Positions 1 through 13,125 of a DNA stretch of 64,000 bases are shown here, piece after piece. Source of the stretch: Acidobacteriota bacterium (lineage in GTDB: Bacteria > Acidobacteriota > Polarisedimenticolia > Gp22-AA2). Within the stretch, counting starts at the first letter, position 1. Each line of letters begins with the position of its first letter. The notes under the pieces are model-generated. The model worked only from the letters and a program-made list of their open reading frames with translations. It was not told the DNA's origin and ran no database searches. The stretch is taken from NCBI GenBank assembly GCA_003223135.1, contig QHXX01000023.1:64120-128119 (forward strand). Direction: 5' to 3'. The position numbers and the translations under genes are program-made.

Positions 1-1
1 T

Positions 2-1870
<1,869 letters not shown>

Positions 1871-2294
1871 GGGGTTGCCTCGCCGCCCGGCACGCGGCCT
1901 GGCTTCCCGCCGGGTCCCCCGCCTCCGCACGAACTCCGCCGCGAACCTTCATATTCTCCGGCCGGGCACCCGTCCAGCGCGCGCGTGTATGCCCTTCAAC
2001 GCACTGATCGTCTCCTCCGATTCCTTCCCCGTCCGTGCCGACGAACGCCGGCGCCTCGGTATCCCCGCGCGCCGGACCGACGGCGCCGTGCGCGCCGTGC
2101 GGCTTGAGGGGGTCCCCCCCAAGACGGCCCGCGCCCTGGTCGAGATCATGGGCGGCGCGGGAGGGTGCGCCCAGGCCGCGGGCATGCGGCGTGGCGGGAG
2201 GGCGGTCGTCATTCTGCAGGGCGACGGCGTTCACTATCACGCTTTCCTCGAGAAGGCCTCCCGGCGCGAGTCGACTCGCGAGGCGGCGCTCGAG

Positions 2295-3188
2295 ATGCGC
2301 GACGTCCTGATGCGGGCCTCCACCTGGCCGCGCGTCCTGGCCCTGGCCCGCGGCCGGCTGCCCCTCGGGCAGCGCACCCTCATCATGGGCATCCTGAACG
2401 TCACCCCCGACTCGTTCTCCGACGGGGGTCAGTACCTCGATCCGTCCCGGGCCGTCGACCGGGCGGTGCAAATGGCGCGACAGGGGGCCGACCTGATCGA
2501 CATCGGCGGCGAGTCAACCCGCCCCGGGTCGAAGCCGGTATCCCTCAAAGAGGAGTTGCGGCGGGTCATGCCGGTCCTCGAGGCGGTGGTCGAGGCCGTC
2601 CGGGCCCTTCCCGACCGGCGGCCGTTCCTGTCGGTCGACACGCGCAAGGCGGAGGTCGTCCGGCGCGCCGCCGCCGCGGGTGCCGACCTGATCAACGACA
2701 CTTCCGGCCTGACGCACGACCCGGCCATGGCGGCGGCCGTGGCGGAGAGCGGACTTCCGCTCGTATTGCAGCACATCCGCGGCACGCCCGGGACCATGCA
2801 AAAGCACCCGCGCTACACACATCTGATGCCCGAGATCGCCGCCTTCCTGCGCGTGCAGATGGAAAAGGCCGTTCGTGCCGGCGTGCGTGAGGATAAGATC
2901 GTCATCGATCCCGGCATCGGGTTCGGCAAGCGCCGCCGGGACAACCTGGCGATCCTTCGAAATCTGGAAGTGCTTGTCTCGCTGGGGCGGCCGATCCTGG
3001 TTGGCGCGTCGCGCAAGTCGTTCCTCAAGGAGGGACACCCCCTGCCGCCCGCCGACCGTCTGGAGGCGAGCCTCGCCGCGGAGGCATTGGCCATCGCGGG
3101 GGGCGCTGATATTATTCGGGTGCATGACGTCCGGGAGGCGGTACGCGTTGCCTCCCTATGCGATGCCGTCCTCAGAAACCATGATTGA
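2295..3188 (+). CDS. folP: dihydropteroate synthase
   Basis: Translation MGILNVTPDSFSDGG...GGESTRPG...DPGIGFGK...IRVHDV matches DHPS pterin-binding domain; start chosen at first ATG (2295) ~30 aa before the MGILNVTPDSF motif; the same frame is open and coding-like (high GC3) back to 1875 so an N-terminal extension is possible. Confidence 0.85.
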   Translation: MRDVLMRASTWPRVLALARGRLPLGQRTLIMGILNVTPDSFSDGGQYLDPSRAVDRAVQMARQGADLIDIGGESTRPGSKPVSLKEELRRVMPVLEAVVEAVRALPDRRPFLSVDTRKAEVVRRAAAAGADLINDTSGLTHDPAMAAAVAESGLPLVLQHIRGTPGTMQKHPRYTHLMPEIAAFLRVQMEKAVRAGVREDKIVIDPGIGFGKRRRDNLAILRNLEVLVSLGRPILVGASRKSFLKEGHPLPPADRLEASLAAEALAIAGGADIIRVHDVREAVRVASLCDAVLRNHD

Positions 3189-4011
3189 ATCGCTGCTCTC
3201 GCAGATCGCGTCCTACAGCTTCGACTGGCGCGATCTCCTCGACATTCTTCTGATGACCGTGCTGATCTACCAGATCGGTCTGCTGCTGAAGGGCACGCGG
3301 GCGCTGCAGACGCTCCTCGGCGTCCTTCTCGTGGTCGTTGCCTACGGGATCACCGCCCCGGAGCGCCCCCTGTATCTGCGCACGTTCCACCGGGTGCTCG
3401 GGCAGGTGCTCTTCTACTCTCCCTTCGCCATCATCATTCTGTTCCAGACGACCATCCGGCGGGCCCTGGCCAGGCTCGGGCGGACGTCGCTCCTGCGCCT
3501 GGGCTATCACGAGATGACCGAGAAGATGCTGGACGACATCGTGCACGCCGCCACGTCGCTCGCGGCCCGGCCGACCGGTGCGCTCATCGTGATCGAGAGG
3601 GAGCAGGCGCTCCCCGATCAGATCGAATCCGGCATCCAGATCGACGCCGCCATCTCCTACGACCTCCTGATGAACATCTTCACTCCCGGATCGCCCATGC
3701 ACGACGGTGCGGTGATCATCGGCGAGGGGCGCGTGAAGGCCGCCTCCTGTTTCCTGCCGGTGACCACCGATCCGCGGCTGTCGCGGGAGTATGGGTCGCG
3801 GCACCGGGCGGCGATTGGCTTGACCGAAGAATACGACAGCGTGGTGATCGTGATCTCGGAGGAGCGCGGCACCATCTCCGGGGCGGTCGAGGGGCGGCTT
3901 TTGGGTCCGCTCGACGCCGTCTCGCTGAAATCGTTCCTGCGTACCCACCTCGGAGGGCGTTCGTCCCGGCGCGACGCCCACACGGCCGCGGAGAGGACGC
4001 ACGCGGCCTAG
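3181..4011 (+). CDS. cdaA: diadenylate cyclase CdaA (c-di-AMP synthase, DAC domain with 3 N-terminal TM helices)
   Basis: Internal ATG of ORF 2875..4011 at 3181 (MIESLL...), overlaps folP stop by 8 nt; N-terminal TM helices plus DAC-domain motifs (DGAVII, RHRAA). Confidence 0.85.
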   Translation: MIESLLSQIASYSFDWRDLLDILLMTVLIYQIGLLLKGTRALQTLLGVLLVVVAYGITAPERPLYLRTFHRVLGQVLFYSPFAIIILFQTTIRRALARLGRTSLLRLGYHEMTEKMLDDIVHAATSLAARPTGALIVIEREQALPDQIESGIQIDAAISYDLLMNIFTPGSPMHDGAVIIGEGRVKAASCFLPVTTDPRLSREYGSRHRAAIGLTEEYDSVVIVISEERGTISGAVEGRLLGPLDAVSLKSFLRTHLGGRSSRRDAHTAAERTHAA

Positions 4012-4044
4012 GAGTGTGTTCGCGTCCAGGGATATCTTCGCGTC

Positions 4045-4800
4045 ATGCGGTTCAGCCTGAGACAGAACCTTTACTTGAAGCTCTTCTCGCTGATTCTGGC
4101 GGTCGTCTGCTGGTACGTCGTGCGCGGCGAGGAGGAGCGGGTGAGAGACTATGCCGTGCCGCTCGAGTACACGAATCTGCCCTCCTCCTACGACCTGTCG
4201 GGGCAAGTGATCGACACCGTCGCCGTGCGCCTGCGCGCCCCCGAGCCGGTCCTGCGGACGATCACCGAGGACCGCCTGTCGGCCCGCATCGATCTGTCGA
4301 AGGCGCCTCTGGGAGAGCAGTACATCACGCTCACTCCCGGGATGATCGGTGTCCCGGGTGGCGCCCGGGTCGATCAGGTCAACCCCGACCTCATCAAGGT
4401 GCGGATCGAACGCAAGATCAAGCGCGAGGTGCCGGTGGTGGCGGAGTTCGCCGGAGCTCCCCCTCGGGGTTACACGAAGATCCGGCACGTCATCGACCCG
4501 CCCATGGTGACGATCGAGGGACCGGCGAACGAGGTGACGCAGGTCATCCGGGCTCTGACCGGCACGATCCTTCTGGACGGCGAGACCGTCGACTACGAGG
4601 TCGAGGCCACGCCGATCCCCGACGCTCCATCCTGGAGCCGGGTGCACGGCGTGGCGCCGCAGGGGCCGGTGCGGGTCTCCGTGTCGATCGGCCCCGCCGG
4701 GGGCGCCTCGGAACGCGGCACCGGGTCGCCTACAGGAGACGCGCGATCCCGGGCGGCGGCCCGGCGGACGCCGCGGCGGATCGACACCGGGCGAAGATGA
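4045..4800 (+). CDS. cdaR: CdaR/YbbR-like domain protein (CdaA regulator)
   Basis: N-terminal TM anchor followed by YbbR-like repeats; conserved position between cdaA and glmM as in the Bacillus cdaA-cdaR-glmM operon. Confidence 0.7.
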   Translation: MRFSLRQNLYLKLFSLILAVVCWYVVRGEEERVRDYAVPLEYTNLPSSYDLSGQVIDTVAVRLRAPEPVLRTITEDRLSARIDLSKAPLGEQYITLTPGMIGVPGGARVDQVNPDLIKVRIERKIKREVPVVAEFAGAPPRGYTKIRHVIDPPMVTIEGPANEVTQVIRALTGTILLDGETVDYEVEATPIPDAPSWSRVHGVAPQGPVRVSVSIGPAGGASERGTGSPTGDARSRAAARRTPRRIDTGRR

Positions 4801-4810
4801 GGGTCTTGCG

Positions 4811-6220
4811 ATGAAGCGCCTGTTCGGGACCGACGGCATCCGCGGAGTCGCCGGGATGTTCCCCCTGGACGAAGCGACGGTCGTGCGCATCGGCCGGGCG
4901 CTTGCCGAATCGCTACGTGCCACGAGAGGCGGCCCGCCGCGCGTCGTCGTCGGCCGTGATACACGCGAATCGGGCCCCGCCATCGAGGCGTCCCTGGCGC
5001 GCGGTGTCGTCGAGGCCGGCGGCCGCGTCGACCTGGGCGGTGTTCTCACCACCCCGGCGATCGCCTGCGTCACGCGCCTGGTCGGTTACGACGCGGGCCT
5101 GGTCGTCTCGGCCTCGCACAACCCTTACCGCGACAACGGGATCAAAATCTTTTCGCACACGGGCGAGAAGCTCTCCGACGAGACGGAGGCCACCATCGAG
5201 CGCAGCGTCCTCGACGGGCCGGGGGCGCATGACCCGGGCGGGGCGTCCCCCTCCCGACGGGCCGCGGCGCCCGCCTGGCGCTTGGACCACGCTTTGCCCG
5301 GCCCGCCGGCTCTGGACGAGGCCCAGCTGGCCGAGCGCTACCTGGCGTGGCTCTTGAGCGCGGTCGGACCGGACGCCTCGCTCCGGGGTACCAGCATCGT
5401 CATCGACTGCGCCAATGGCGCCGCCTGCTCACTGGCCCCCGAGCTCTTCCGGCGCGCCGGGGCGACGGTGGCGGCAATTCACGATCAGCCCGACGGCCGC
5501 AACATCAATGAAGACTGCGGCTCCCTCTACCCGGAGCGGCTGGCGGCCGAAGTCCGGAGGCAGAAGGTGCGCGCCGGTCTGGCGTTCGACGGCGACGCCG
5601 ACCGCTGTCTTCTCGTGGACTCGACCGGGCGCCTCCTGGACGGTGACTACGTCCTGTACCTGGCGGCCAGGGACCTCAAGGCGGCGGGACGCCTGCGCGG
5701 CAACGCGGTCGTCGGCACCGTCATGTCCAACCTGTGGCTCGATCGGGCGCTGCGGGACGAGGGGATCCGTCTCCTGCGCGCCCCGGTCGGCGACAAATAC
5801 GTCCTGGAGGAGATGCAGCGCGGCGGCTACGTTCTGGGGGGGGAGCAGTCGGGCCACATCATCTTCCTGGAGAGGGCGACCACGGGAGATGGTCTCCTGA
5901 CCGGACTTCTTGTCCTCGACCTGCTGCGCCGCGGAGGGATCGACCTCTCCGAGTGGGCGGCGAGCGTAAGGCCCTGTCCTCAAGTGCTGGTCAACGTGCC
6001 GGTCCGCGCCCGGCCCCCCCTGGACTCGCACCCGCGCATCGGCCCGGCGATAAGGGACGAAGAGCGGAAGCTCGGCGACGGCGGCCGGCTTCTCGTCCGC
6101 TACTCCGGCACCGAGCCGAAGGCGCGCATCATGGTAGAGGGCGAGTCGCCGCAGGCGGTCGAGCAGACGGCCGCGCGCTTGAAAGCGATCATCCAGGACG
6201 AGATCGGACAGGAACCGTGA
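4811..6220 (+). CDS. glmM: phosphoglucosamine mutase
   Basis: [15 protein letters not shown]... and active-site SASHNP (phosphoserine loop); full-length alpha-D-phosphohexomutase fold. Confidence 0.9.
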   Translation: MKRLFGTDGIRGVAGMFPLDEATVVRIGRALAESLRATRGGPPRVVVGRDTRESGPAIEASLARGVVEAGGRVDLGGVLTTPAIACVTRLVGYDAGLVVSASHNPYRDNGIKIFSHTGEKLSDETEATIERSVLDGPGAHDPGGASPSRRAAAPAWRLDHALPGPPALDEAQLAERYLAWLLSAVGPDASLRGTSIVIDCANGAACSLAPELFRRAGATVAAIHDQPDGRNINEDCGSLYPERLAAEVRRQKVRAGLAFDGDADRCLLVDSTGRLLDGDYVLYLAARDLKAAGRLRGNAVVGTVMSNLWLDRALRDEGIRLLRAPVGDKYVLEEMQRGGYVLGGEQSGHIIFLERATTGDGLLTGLLVLDLLRRGGIDLSEWAASVRPCPQVLVNVPVRARPPLDSHPRIGPAIRDEERKLGDGGRLLVRYSGTEPKARIMVEGESPQAVEQTAARLKAIIQDEIGQEP

Positions 6221-6233
6221 CCAAGGAGACCCG

Positions 6234-6956
6234 ATGGAGCCGGTGAGACTCGGAGTCAACGTCGATCACGTCGCCACGATCCGCGAAGCGCGCCGTGGGC
6301 GCGAGCCGGACCCGGTCGCGGCCGCGGTCCTGGCGGAGCTGGCGGGCGCCGACGGCATCACCGTGCACCTGCGCGGCGACCGCCGTCACATCCAGGACAG
6401 GGACGTGGACCTGCTGCGCCGTACCATCGGCACGCGCCTGAACCTGGAAGCGGCGGCGACGCCGCAGATGGTCACCGTCGCGGCGACCCACAAGCCGGAC
6501 ACGGTGACGCTCGTGCCGGAGCGCCGCGAGGAGATCACGACGGAGGGAGGGCTCGACGTCCTTCTGAACCACAACCTGGTGCGCAAAACGGCGCAGGACC
6601 TCAGGGCGGCGGGTGTCGTGGTGTCGGTCTTCGTCGATCCCGACTTCGACCAGATCAAGGCGATCGCCAAGCTCGAGATTGGGCTGATCGAGATCAACAC
6701 CGCCAAATACTCCGAGGCGATGAAACCCGAGCAGGCGGCCGCCGAGGCCGGCAAGGTGTCGCAGTGCGCCCGCGCCGCCGCCAGGCTGGGTCTCAAGGTC
6801 CTCGCCGGCCACGGCCTGAACTATCGCAACGTCCGCCGCGTCGTCGAGATCCCCGAGATCGAGGAGCTCAACATCGGCCACTCGATCGTGGCGCGCGCCT
6901 CTCTCGTCGGCATGGAGAGGGCCGTGCGCGAAATGAAGGAGCTCATGCGCCGATGA
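6234..6956 (+). CDS. pdxJ: pyridoxine 5'-phosphate synthase
   Basis: [15 protein letters not shown]... TIM-barrel PdxJ signature across 240 aa. Confidence 0.9.
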   Translation: MEPVRLGVNVDHVATIREARRGREPDPVAAAVLAELAGADGITVHLRGDRRHIQDRDVDLLRRTIGTRLNLEAAATPQMVTVAATHKPDTVTLVPERREEITTEGGLDVLLNHNLVRKTAQDLRAAGVVVSVFVDPDFDQIKAIAKLEIGLIEINTAKYSEAMKPEQAAAEAGKVSQCARAAARLGLKVLAGHGLNYRNVRRVVEIPEIEELNIGHSIVARASLVGMERAVREMKELMRR

Positions 6957-7972
6957 AGCGCTACGCGGCCTACGATCCTCCCGAGTACGTCGCCTTCAAG
7001 CCGGACCCGGAGGTCATGGCGGAGTACCGCGAGACCCTGAGGCGCGACCCGCGGCGCGCCCGCCTCATCGAGAAGCTCGACAGGGAGGCCCTGAACGCGG
7101 GAGCCTGTTGCGAGATGGGGATGCCGGTGGCGCAGATGCTGAAGGCGTACCTCGGCACCGCCGACCAGATCACGCGCGGCCGCGACCTGCACACCGGCGA
7201 CCCTTCGCTGGGTGTTCTCCCCCCGACCAGCCTGATGGGCAGCTTCGTCCCGGTCTTCACGGGGATCGGCCTCGCCTTCAAGCAGCGCCGGGAAAAGCGC
7301 GTCGGGCTGACCTGGCTCGGTGACGGCGCCAGCCGGACCTCCGCCTTCCACGAGGGGATCAACTTCGCCGCCGTCCTCGGCGTGCCGGTGATTTTCGTCG
7401 TGCAGAACAACCAGGTGGCGCTCGGCACCGCCGTCGAGAAGCACAGCCGTGGCCCGATGGACGAGCTGCGGCATGTCTATGGCATGGACGGAGCCTCCTG
7501 CGAGGGGAACAATGTTCTGGACGTGTACGCGGCGACGAGTCTCCTTGCGGAGCGCTGCCGCAAGGGGAAGGGACCCTTCCTCCTGACCGCCCGAACGTTC
7601 CGGATGGGAGGGCACGCCACTCACGACGAGGCCGAGGCCCGGGCCCTGTTCACCAACGAACAATTCCGTTATTGGGGGCTCCGGGATCCCATCGGCACGT
7701 ATGAGGCCTATCTTAAAGAGGACGCCCCCGCCCTGGATGGCAGGAAGCGCGCGGCCGGCGCCCGCCGCGCGGTCAACACCCGCATCCTGGAGGAGACCGA
7801 GGCGAGGGTCATCGCCGAGGTCGAGGCGGCCGAAGCAGAGGCGCTCGCGAGTCGCAGGAGCCTCATGCCCGAGCCCGAAGACGCGGTGCGTGGCGTCTAC
7901 GCCGAGCCCGGGACGCCCGGGACCCTGGTCACCCGTCCGGCTCGCGCCGCGGGCGCCCGGCGGGTATCATAG
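6953..7972 (+). CDS. thiamine-diphosphate-dependent 2-oxoacid dehydrogenase E1 alpha-like subunit (divergent N-terminus)
   Basis: Internal ATG (MKRYAAY) of ORF 6764..7972, ATGA overlap with pdxJ stop; TPP-binding motif [35 protein letters not shown] and [11 protein letters not shown]. Confidence 0.7.
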   Translation: MKRYAAYDPPEYVAFKPDPEVMAEYRETLRRDPRRARLIEKLDREALNAGACCEMGMPVAQMLKAYLGTADQITRGRDLHTGDPSLGVLPPTSLMGSFVPVFTGIGLAFKQRREKRVGLTWLGDGASRTSAFHEGINFAAVLGVPVIFVVQNNQVALGTAVEKHSRGPMDELRHVYGMDGASCEGNNVLDVYAATSLLAERCRKGKGPFLLTARTFRMGGHATHDEAEARALFTNEQFRYWGLRDPIGTYEAYLKEDAPALDGRKRAAGARRAVNTRILEETEARVIAEVEAAEAEALASRRSLMPEPEDAVRGVYAEPGTPGTLVTRPARAAGARRVS

Positions 7973-8006
7973 CCAGGCAGGGGCTTTTGAGGAGGGCACC
8001 CCCCGA

Positions 8007-10124
8007 ATGCGCGCCAAGACAGCCGAGCCGAGCCGGGTCAAGGGCGAGCTCGACCCGCAGGAACTCAAGAACCTCGGGCTGGCCCGCGAGGATTTGATCG
8101 CGATCTACCGAACCATGCTCCTGTCGCGCCGGATCGACGACAAGGAGATCCAGCTCAAGCGCCAGAACAAGATCTACTTTCAGATCAGCGGCGCCGGCCA
8201 CGAGGCGGTCCTGACCGCGGCCGGCCGGCTTCTGCGTCCCGGGCATGACTGGTTCTACCCGTACTACCGCGATCGGGCGCTCTGCCTGCAGCTCGGCGTC
8301 ACGCCGCGCGAGATGTTCCTCGAGGCCGTCGGATCGTCCGAGGATCCGGCCTCGGGCGGCCGGCAGATGCCGAGCCACTGGGGCCACGCCGGCCTGCGGA
8401 TCGTGTCGCAGTCGAGCCCGACCGGCACGCAATTCCTGCAGGCGGTCGGCTGCGCCGAGGCCGAGCGGATGCTCGACCCGGACTCCGACGCCGTGGTGTA
8501 TGTCTCCGGCGGCGACGGCGCCGTCAGCGAGGGAGAATTCTGGGAGTCGATCAACGCCGCCTGCCTGCGCAAAGCGCCGGTCCTGTATCTGATCACCGAC
8601 AATTCCTTCGCCATCTCCGTGCCGATCGAGGTGCAGACCGCCGGCGGCAGCATCTCGGCCCTGGCGCGCTCCTTTCCGGGGCTCCAGGTCGAGGAGGTGG
8701 ACGGCTGCGATCCGATCGCATCGTATGCCGTGCTGAAGCGCGTCATCGACCACCTGCGTTCGGCCCCGACCGGCCCGGCGCTCGTGCACGCCCGCACCAT
8801 CCGCCCGTACTCGCACTCGCTCTCGGACGACGAGCGCCTCTACAAGACCGAGGCCGAGCGCGACGAAGAGGCGAGGCGCGACCCGATCCCGGTCTTCGGG
8901 CAGATCCTGATCCAGAGCCGGGTGGCCGACCAGGGGTTCCTGGAAGCCGTCCGCGAGGAGGTCGACCGCGAGGTGGACGAGGCGGCGCAGTCGGCGCTCG
9001 CGGCCCCGAAGCCCGACCCCGCAACCGTCACCCTGCATGTCTTTTCCGAAGAGGTCGATCCGACCTCCGTCCGCTTCGACGCTCCCCCCAGCCTTTCGGG
9101 CGAGCCGCGCACCATGGTCGACCTCCTGAACGACTGCCTGCGCGACGAGATGCAGCGCAACGACCGGATCGTGGTGTTCGGAGAGGACGTGGCCGATTGC
9201 AGCCGCGCGGACCATCTGAACGCGGTGAAGGGGAAGGGTGGAGTCTTCAAGGTCACGCACAATCTGCAGCGACGCTTCGGGGCGGAGCGCGTCTTCAACA
9301 CGCCGCTCGCCGAGGCGGCCATCATCGGCCGGGCCATCGGCATGGCGACGCGCGGCCTGAAGCCGGTCGTCGAGATCCAGTTCTTCGACTATTTCTGGCC
9401 GGCGATGATGCAGGTGCGCAACGAGCTCGCACCGATGCGCTGGCGTTCGAACGGCGCTTTTTCCTGCCCGGTCGTCGTGCGCGTGCCCGTCGGCGGCTAC
9501 CTGCAGGGTGGCGCCGTGTACCACAGCCAGTCGGGCGCGTCGCTGCTCACGGCGATTCCCGGGTTGCGCGTGGTGATGCCCTCGAACGCCCTGGATGCGA
9601 ACGGACTGCTGCGCACCGCCATCCGGTGCGACGACCCGGTGATGTTCCTGGAGCACAAGCACCTCTACCGACAGACCTACAACAAGAGCCCCTACCCCGG
9701 TCCGGACCACTCCATCGCGTTCGGCCGCGCCAGGGTCGTGCGCCAGGGCGGCGATCTGACCGTCGTGACCTACGGTGCTCTGGTCGAGCGATCGCTGCGC
9801 GCCGCGAAGACGGTGGCGACGCAGGGGACCGAGAGCGAGGTCGTCGATCTGCGTTCGCTCAATCCGTTCGACTGGGAGACGGTGGCCGCCTCGGTGGCCA
9901 AGACCGGCAAGGTGATCGTGGCCTACGAGGACTCGATGTCCTTCGGCTACGGCGCGGAAATCGCGGCCCTGATCGCCGACCGGCTGTTCGAGTTCCTTGA
10001 CGCTCCCGTCCGCCGCGTCGCCGCCCTCGACACCTTCGTCGCCTACGAGCCGGGGCTCGAGGACCGGATCCTGCCGCAGGTCGACGACCTCGTCCGCGCG
10101 ATGCAGGAGTTGAGCGCGTACTGA
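8007..10124 (+). CDS. 2-oxoacid dehydrogenase E1 component, alpha/beta fusion (TPP-dependent)
   Basis: Internal ATG (MRAKTAEP) of ORF 7701..10124; N-terminal half E1alpha ([14 protein letters not shown]..., [17 protein letters not shown]), C-terminal half E1beta/transketolase-like pyrimidine-binding and C-terminal domains. Confidence 0.8.
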   Translation: MRAKTAEPSRVKGELDPQELKNLGLAREDLIAIYRTMLLSRRIDDKEIQLKRQNKIYFQISGAGHEAVLTAAGRLLRPGHDWFYPYYRDRALCLQLGVTPREMFLEAVGSSEDPASGGRQMPSHWGHAGLRIVSQSSPTGTQFLQAVGCAEAERMLDPDSDAVVYVSGGDGAVSEGEFWESINAACLRKAPVLYLITDNSFAISVPIEVQTAGGSISALARSFPGLQVEEVDGCDPIASYAVLKRVIDHLRSAPTGPALVHARTIRPYSHSLSDDERLYKTEAERDEEARRDPIPVFGQILIQSRVADQGFLEAVREEVDREVDEAAQSALAAPKPDPATVTLHVFSEEVDPTSVRFDAPPSLSGEPRTMVDLLNDCLRDEMQRNDRIVVFGEDVADCSRADHLNAVKGKGGVFKVTHNLQRRFGAERVFNTPLAEAAIIGRAIGMATRGLKPVVEIQFFDYFWPAMMQVRNELAPMRWRSNGAFSCPVVVRVPVGGYLQGGAVYHSQSGASLLTAIPGLRVVMPSNALDANGLLRTAIRCDDPVMFLEHKHLYRQTYNKSPYPGPDHSIAFGRARVVRQGGDLTVVTYGALVERSLRAAKTVATQGTESEVVDLRSLNPFDWETVAASVAKTGKVIVAYEDSMSFGYGAEIAALIADRLFEFLDAPVRRVAALDTFVAYEPGLEDRILPQVDDLVRAMQELSAY

Positions 10125-11794
10125 TGCTTCTTCGCAGGCCTGTCTCCGTCCGCCTGACCGGCGTCCTCGCCGTCGGAGCGTTTCTGTCCTGGGCCGCCGC
10201 CGCTCCCTTTCCGACCTACGCGATCTCGGCCGGCGAAGCCCGCACGACCTCGTTCAAGCTGCAGTCGGAGGGGATGCGCCTCTACAAGGAAGGAAAGTAC
10301 AAGGACGCCATCGAGGCGTTCCGGCAGGTCGTCAATCTCAATCTCAACTCGTTCATGGCGTTCCACTACCTCGGACTATCGCTGCTCGCCGACCGGCGCT
10401 ACGGTGAGGCGATCGAGCCGCTCAAGATCGCCCTCGACCTGCAGCCCGATTACGTGCAGGCCCACCTGGCCCTGGGCGACGCCTATCTGAAACAGGGCGA
10501 TACGACCGAGGCGCGCGCCGAGTACCTGCGCGCCCTCGAGCTGCAGCCGGCGTACGCCGCCGCGTTCGACGGTCTCGGTCGACTGTTCGAGGTGAAAGGC
10601 GAAGACGACCAGGCCGAGCAGCAGTACCGCAAGGCGCTCGAGATCAACGTCGCCTTCGGCGACGCCTACACGCACCTCGGCGACCTCTACCTGCGCAAGA
10701 ACCGCCCCGAGGACGCCATCGTTCTCTTCCTCAAGGCGATCTCGGTGAAGCCCGACTTCAGCAGCGCCTACACCCGCCTCGGCGTCGCCTCCGCGAAGGA
10801 GAGGATGTACAACGACGCCATCGCCGCCATCCGCAAGGCGCAGACGCTGTCGCCGCAGGATCCGGAGCCTTACGTCTCCCTGGCGCGGATCTACCTCGAG
10901 CTGCAGAGCTTCCGGCGGGCCGAAGCGCAGATCCAGGCGGCCCTGGCGCAGGACAACAACAGCCCCGAGGCGCACCTCGTCCTGTCCGATCTGAAACGCT
11001 CGCAGGAGGACTTCGACGCCGCCGTCGAGGTCCTGCAAGGTCTCTACGAGCGCGGCATCGAGGACACTCTGATGCGCCGCGCCGTCGCCGAGGCCCTGAA
11101 AAGCGCCCGCCTGGACGCCACCCGCCATGCCTCGCTCAAGGCCGCAACCGAGGCGCCTCCGCCCCGGCCGCAGGCGTTCATCGACTTGGCGCGCTTTGTC
11201 TCGAGCCAGGGGGCGCACAGGCACGCTGCCGATCTTCTGGTGCTGGCGGCGACTCTCGTCGAAACGTCGCCGGCGAGCGCCGCCGCGGCGGCGGGCCCCG
11301 CGCGACCTTCCGGCACGACGGCGTCCGCTCCGCCGCTCGATGCGGCCCAGGTGCGCTATCAGGCGGGTCTCGAGTTCATGGCCGCGGGCCTTCTTTCCCA
11401 GGCGGCCGACCTGTTCGAGAGCCTGGCCGGCGCCGGCGCTCCCGCCGCAATGCCCGAAGCGGCGCCCGGAATCGCGGCCCCGGGCGTGAAGGCCGCTCCT
11501 GACCTGAGCGCCGCCGCGCTGTTCAACCTCGGGGTGGCGCGCGCCGGGCTGCATCTCGACGAGCAGGCGGCCCAGGCGTTCACCTCGTACCTCGGCCGCT
11601 CCCCGAACGACGAGCGCGCCTACCTGTATCTCGGCAACGCCTACCTGCGTCTCGGGAAGAAGGACGACGCCCGCGCCGCCTACGAGTCGTTCCTCGAGCG
11701 CGCCGCGCCCGGACCGGACAACGCGCACGTGGAGAAGATTCTGAATGACCTCGGCACGGAACCCAAGGGACGCGCCACGGGGAGCGCGCCATGA
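10124..11794 (+). CDS. tetratricopeptide (TPR) repeat protein with signal peptide
   Basis: Start overlaps E1 stop (TGATG); N-terminal signal peptide; multiple 34-aa TPR repeats (AxxxYxxAL, LxPxxxxAxxxLG patterns). Confidence 0.7.
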   Translation: MLLRRPVSVRLTGVLAVGAFLSWAAAAPFPTYAISAGEARTTSFKLQSEGMRLYKEGKYKDAIEAFRQVVNLNLNSFMAFHYLGLSLLADRRYGEAIEPLKIALDLQPDYVQAHLALGDAYLKQGDTTEARAEYLRALELQPAYAAAFDGLGRLFEVKGEDDQAEQQYRKALEINVAFGDAYTHLGDLYLRKNRPEDAIVLFLKAISVKPDFSSAYTRLGVASAKERMYNDAIAAIRKAQTLSPQDPEPYVSLARIYLELQSFRRAEAQIQAALAQDNNSPEAHLVLSDLKRSQEDFDAAVEVLQGLYERGIEDTLMRRAVAEALKSARLDATRHASLKAATEAPPPRPQAFIDLARFVSSQGAHRHAADLLVLAATLVETSPASAAAAAGPARPSGTTASAPPLDAAQVRYQAGLEFMAAGLLSQAADLFESLAGAGAPAAMPEAAPGIAAPGVKAAPDLSAAALFNLGVARAGLHLDEQAAQAFTSYLGRSPNDERAYLYLGNAYLRLGKKDDARAAYESFLERAAPGPDNAHVEKILNDLGTEPKGRATGSAP

Positions 11795-13125
11795 TGCGGA
11801 TCGCCGCGCGCCCCTGTCGTGCGCCGCTCACGCGCGCTTTCGCTCTGTCCCTTCTCCTGGCCTGGACCGGCACAGGCAGCCGAGGTCAGGAGCCGGGCCC
11901 TTCCCCGGCGCCTTCGCCTGCACCCCCGACAGCACCCGGCGTCGCGCCGCTTCCCGCGGCGCCCGAGGCGGCGCCGGCCGAAGGCACCGAGAAGACCCTG
12001 CCGAAACCGCCGCAGGTGCGCACCCGCAAGGGGTTCTCCATCCGGATCACCAATCCCGCTCACAACGACTTCCGTTTCGGCCGATCGGAGATCGACGCGG
12101 AGGTGACCGCGGCCGACCCCGCGCTGGTCGACAAGGTCGAGTTCTTCGTGGACGACCGGCTCGTGTTCATCGACACCGAGGCGCCGTACAAGTGCTTCTT
12201 CGACTTCGGCGCCGAGCCGCGCTCCTGGGTCATCCGCGCCACGGCCTACCACAAGGAAGGCGTCACCGTCTCCGACACGGTCATCCTGAAGCGCGTGGTC
12301 CTCAATTACGCGGTCGAGGTGAACCGCGTCATCCTGTACGCCACGGCCTACAGCCGGGAGGGCGAGCGGCACTACGCACTCGACCTGAAGAAGGACGACC
12401 TGGTCCTGGAAGAGGACGGTGCCCGGCAGAAGATCATCGATTTCTATGTCGAGAAACGGCCGGTGGACCTCGCGGTCATCCTGGACAGCAGCGGCAGCAT
12501 GCAGCCGGCGATGGACAAGGTGCACAACGCCGCGAGCCGGTTCGTCGACACGCTCGGGAGCGAGGATAAGGCGCTCGTCATCGACTTCGACGAAAAGGTC
12601 TATCTCCTGCAGGACCTCACGGACGACAAGAACCTGCTGCGCAAGGCCATCATCAGCACGAACGCTCTCGGCGGCACGGCGCTGTACGACGCGCTCTACG
12701 CCTCGTTCCGCAAGCTGCGCGCCATCGAGGGGCGCAAGGCGATCATCCTTCTGACCGACGGAGACGACACCGCCAGCAAGTTCTCCTTCAAGCGCATCCT
12801 CGACGAGGCGAAGATCTCCGACATCATCATCTTCCCCATCGGCATGGGCACGACCCTGCTCGACGTCGACCTGAGGCACGTCCTCAAGACGCTGGCGGAG
12901 GAGACCGGTGGCCGCGCCTACTTCCCGTCGAAGGTCGAGGAGCTGGAGGGGGTCTACAGGCAGATCGCCGAAGAGCTGAAGAGCCAGTACTACATCACCT
13001 ACGAACCGACCAACACCGTGTGGGACGGCCGCTGGCGCAAGATCAAGCTGGAGGGCGCCTCCGGGCGGAACCTCGATATCCGGACGCGCAGCGGCTACTA
13101 CGCCGTCAAGAAGACTGCGAAGTAG
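11791..13125 (+). CDS. secreted von Willebrand factor type A (VWA) domain protein
   Basis: ATGATG overlap with TPR gene stop; signal peptide, Pro-rich linker, beta-rich N domain, VWA/MIDAS motif DLAVILDSSGSM...LTDGDD. Confidence 0.75.
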   Translation: MMRIAARPCRAPLTRAFALSLLLAWTGTGSRGQEPGPSPAPSPAPPTAPGVAPLPAAPEAAPAEGTEKTLPKPPQVRTRKGFSIRITNPAHNDFRFGRSEIDAEVTAADPALVDKVEFFVDDRLVFIDTEAPYKCFFDFGAEPRSWVIRATAYHKEGVTVSDTVILKRVVLNYAVEVNRVILYATAYSREGERHYALDLKKDDLVLEEDGARQKIIDFYVEKRPVDLAVILDSSGSMQPAMDKVHNAASRFVDTLGSEDKALVIDFDEKVYLLQDLTDDKNLLRKAIISTNALGGTALYDALYASFRKLRAIEGRKAIILLTDGDDTASKFSFKRILDEAKISDIIIFPIGMGTTLLDVDLRHVLKTLAEETGGRAYFPSKVEELEGVYRQIAEELKSQYYITYEPTNTVWDGRWRKIKLEGASGRNLDIRTRSGYYAVKKTAK

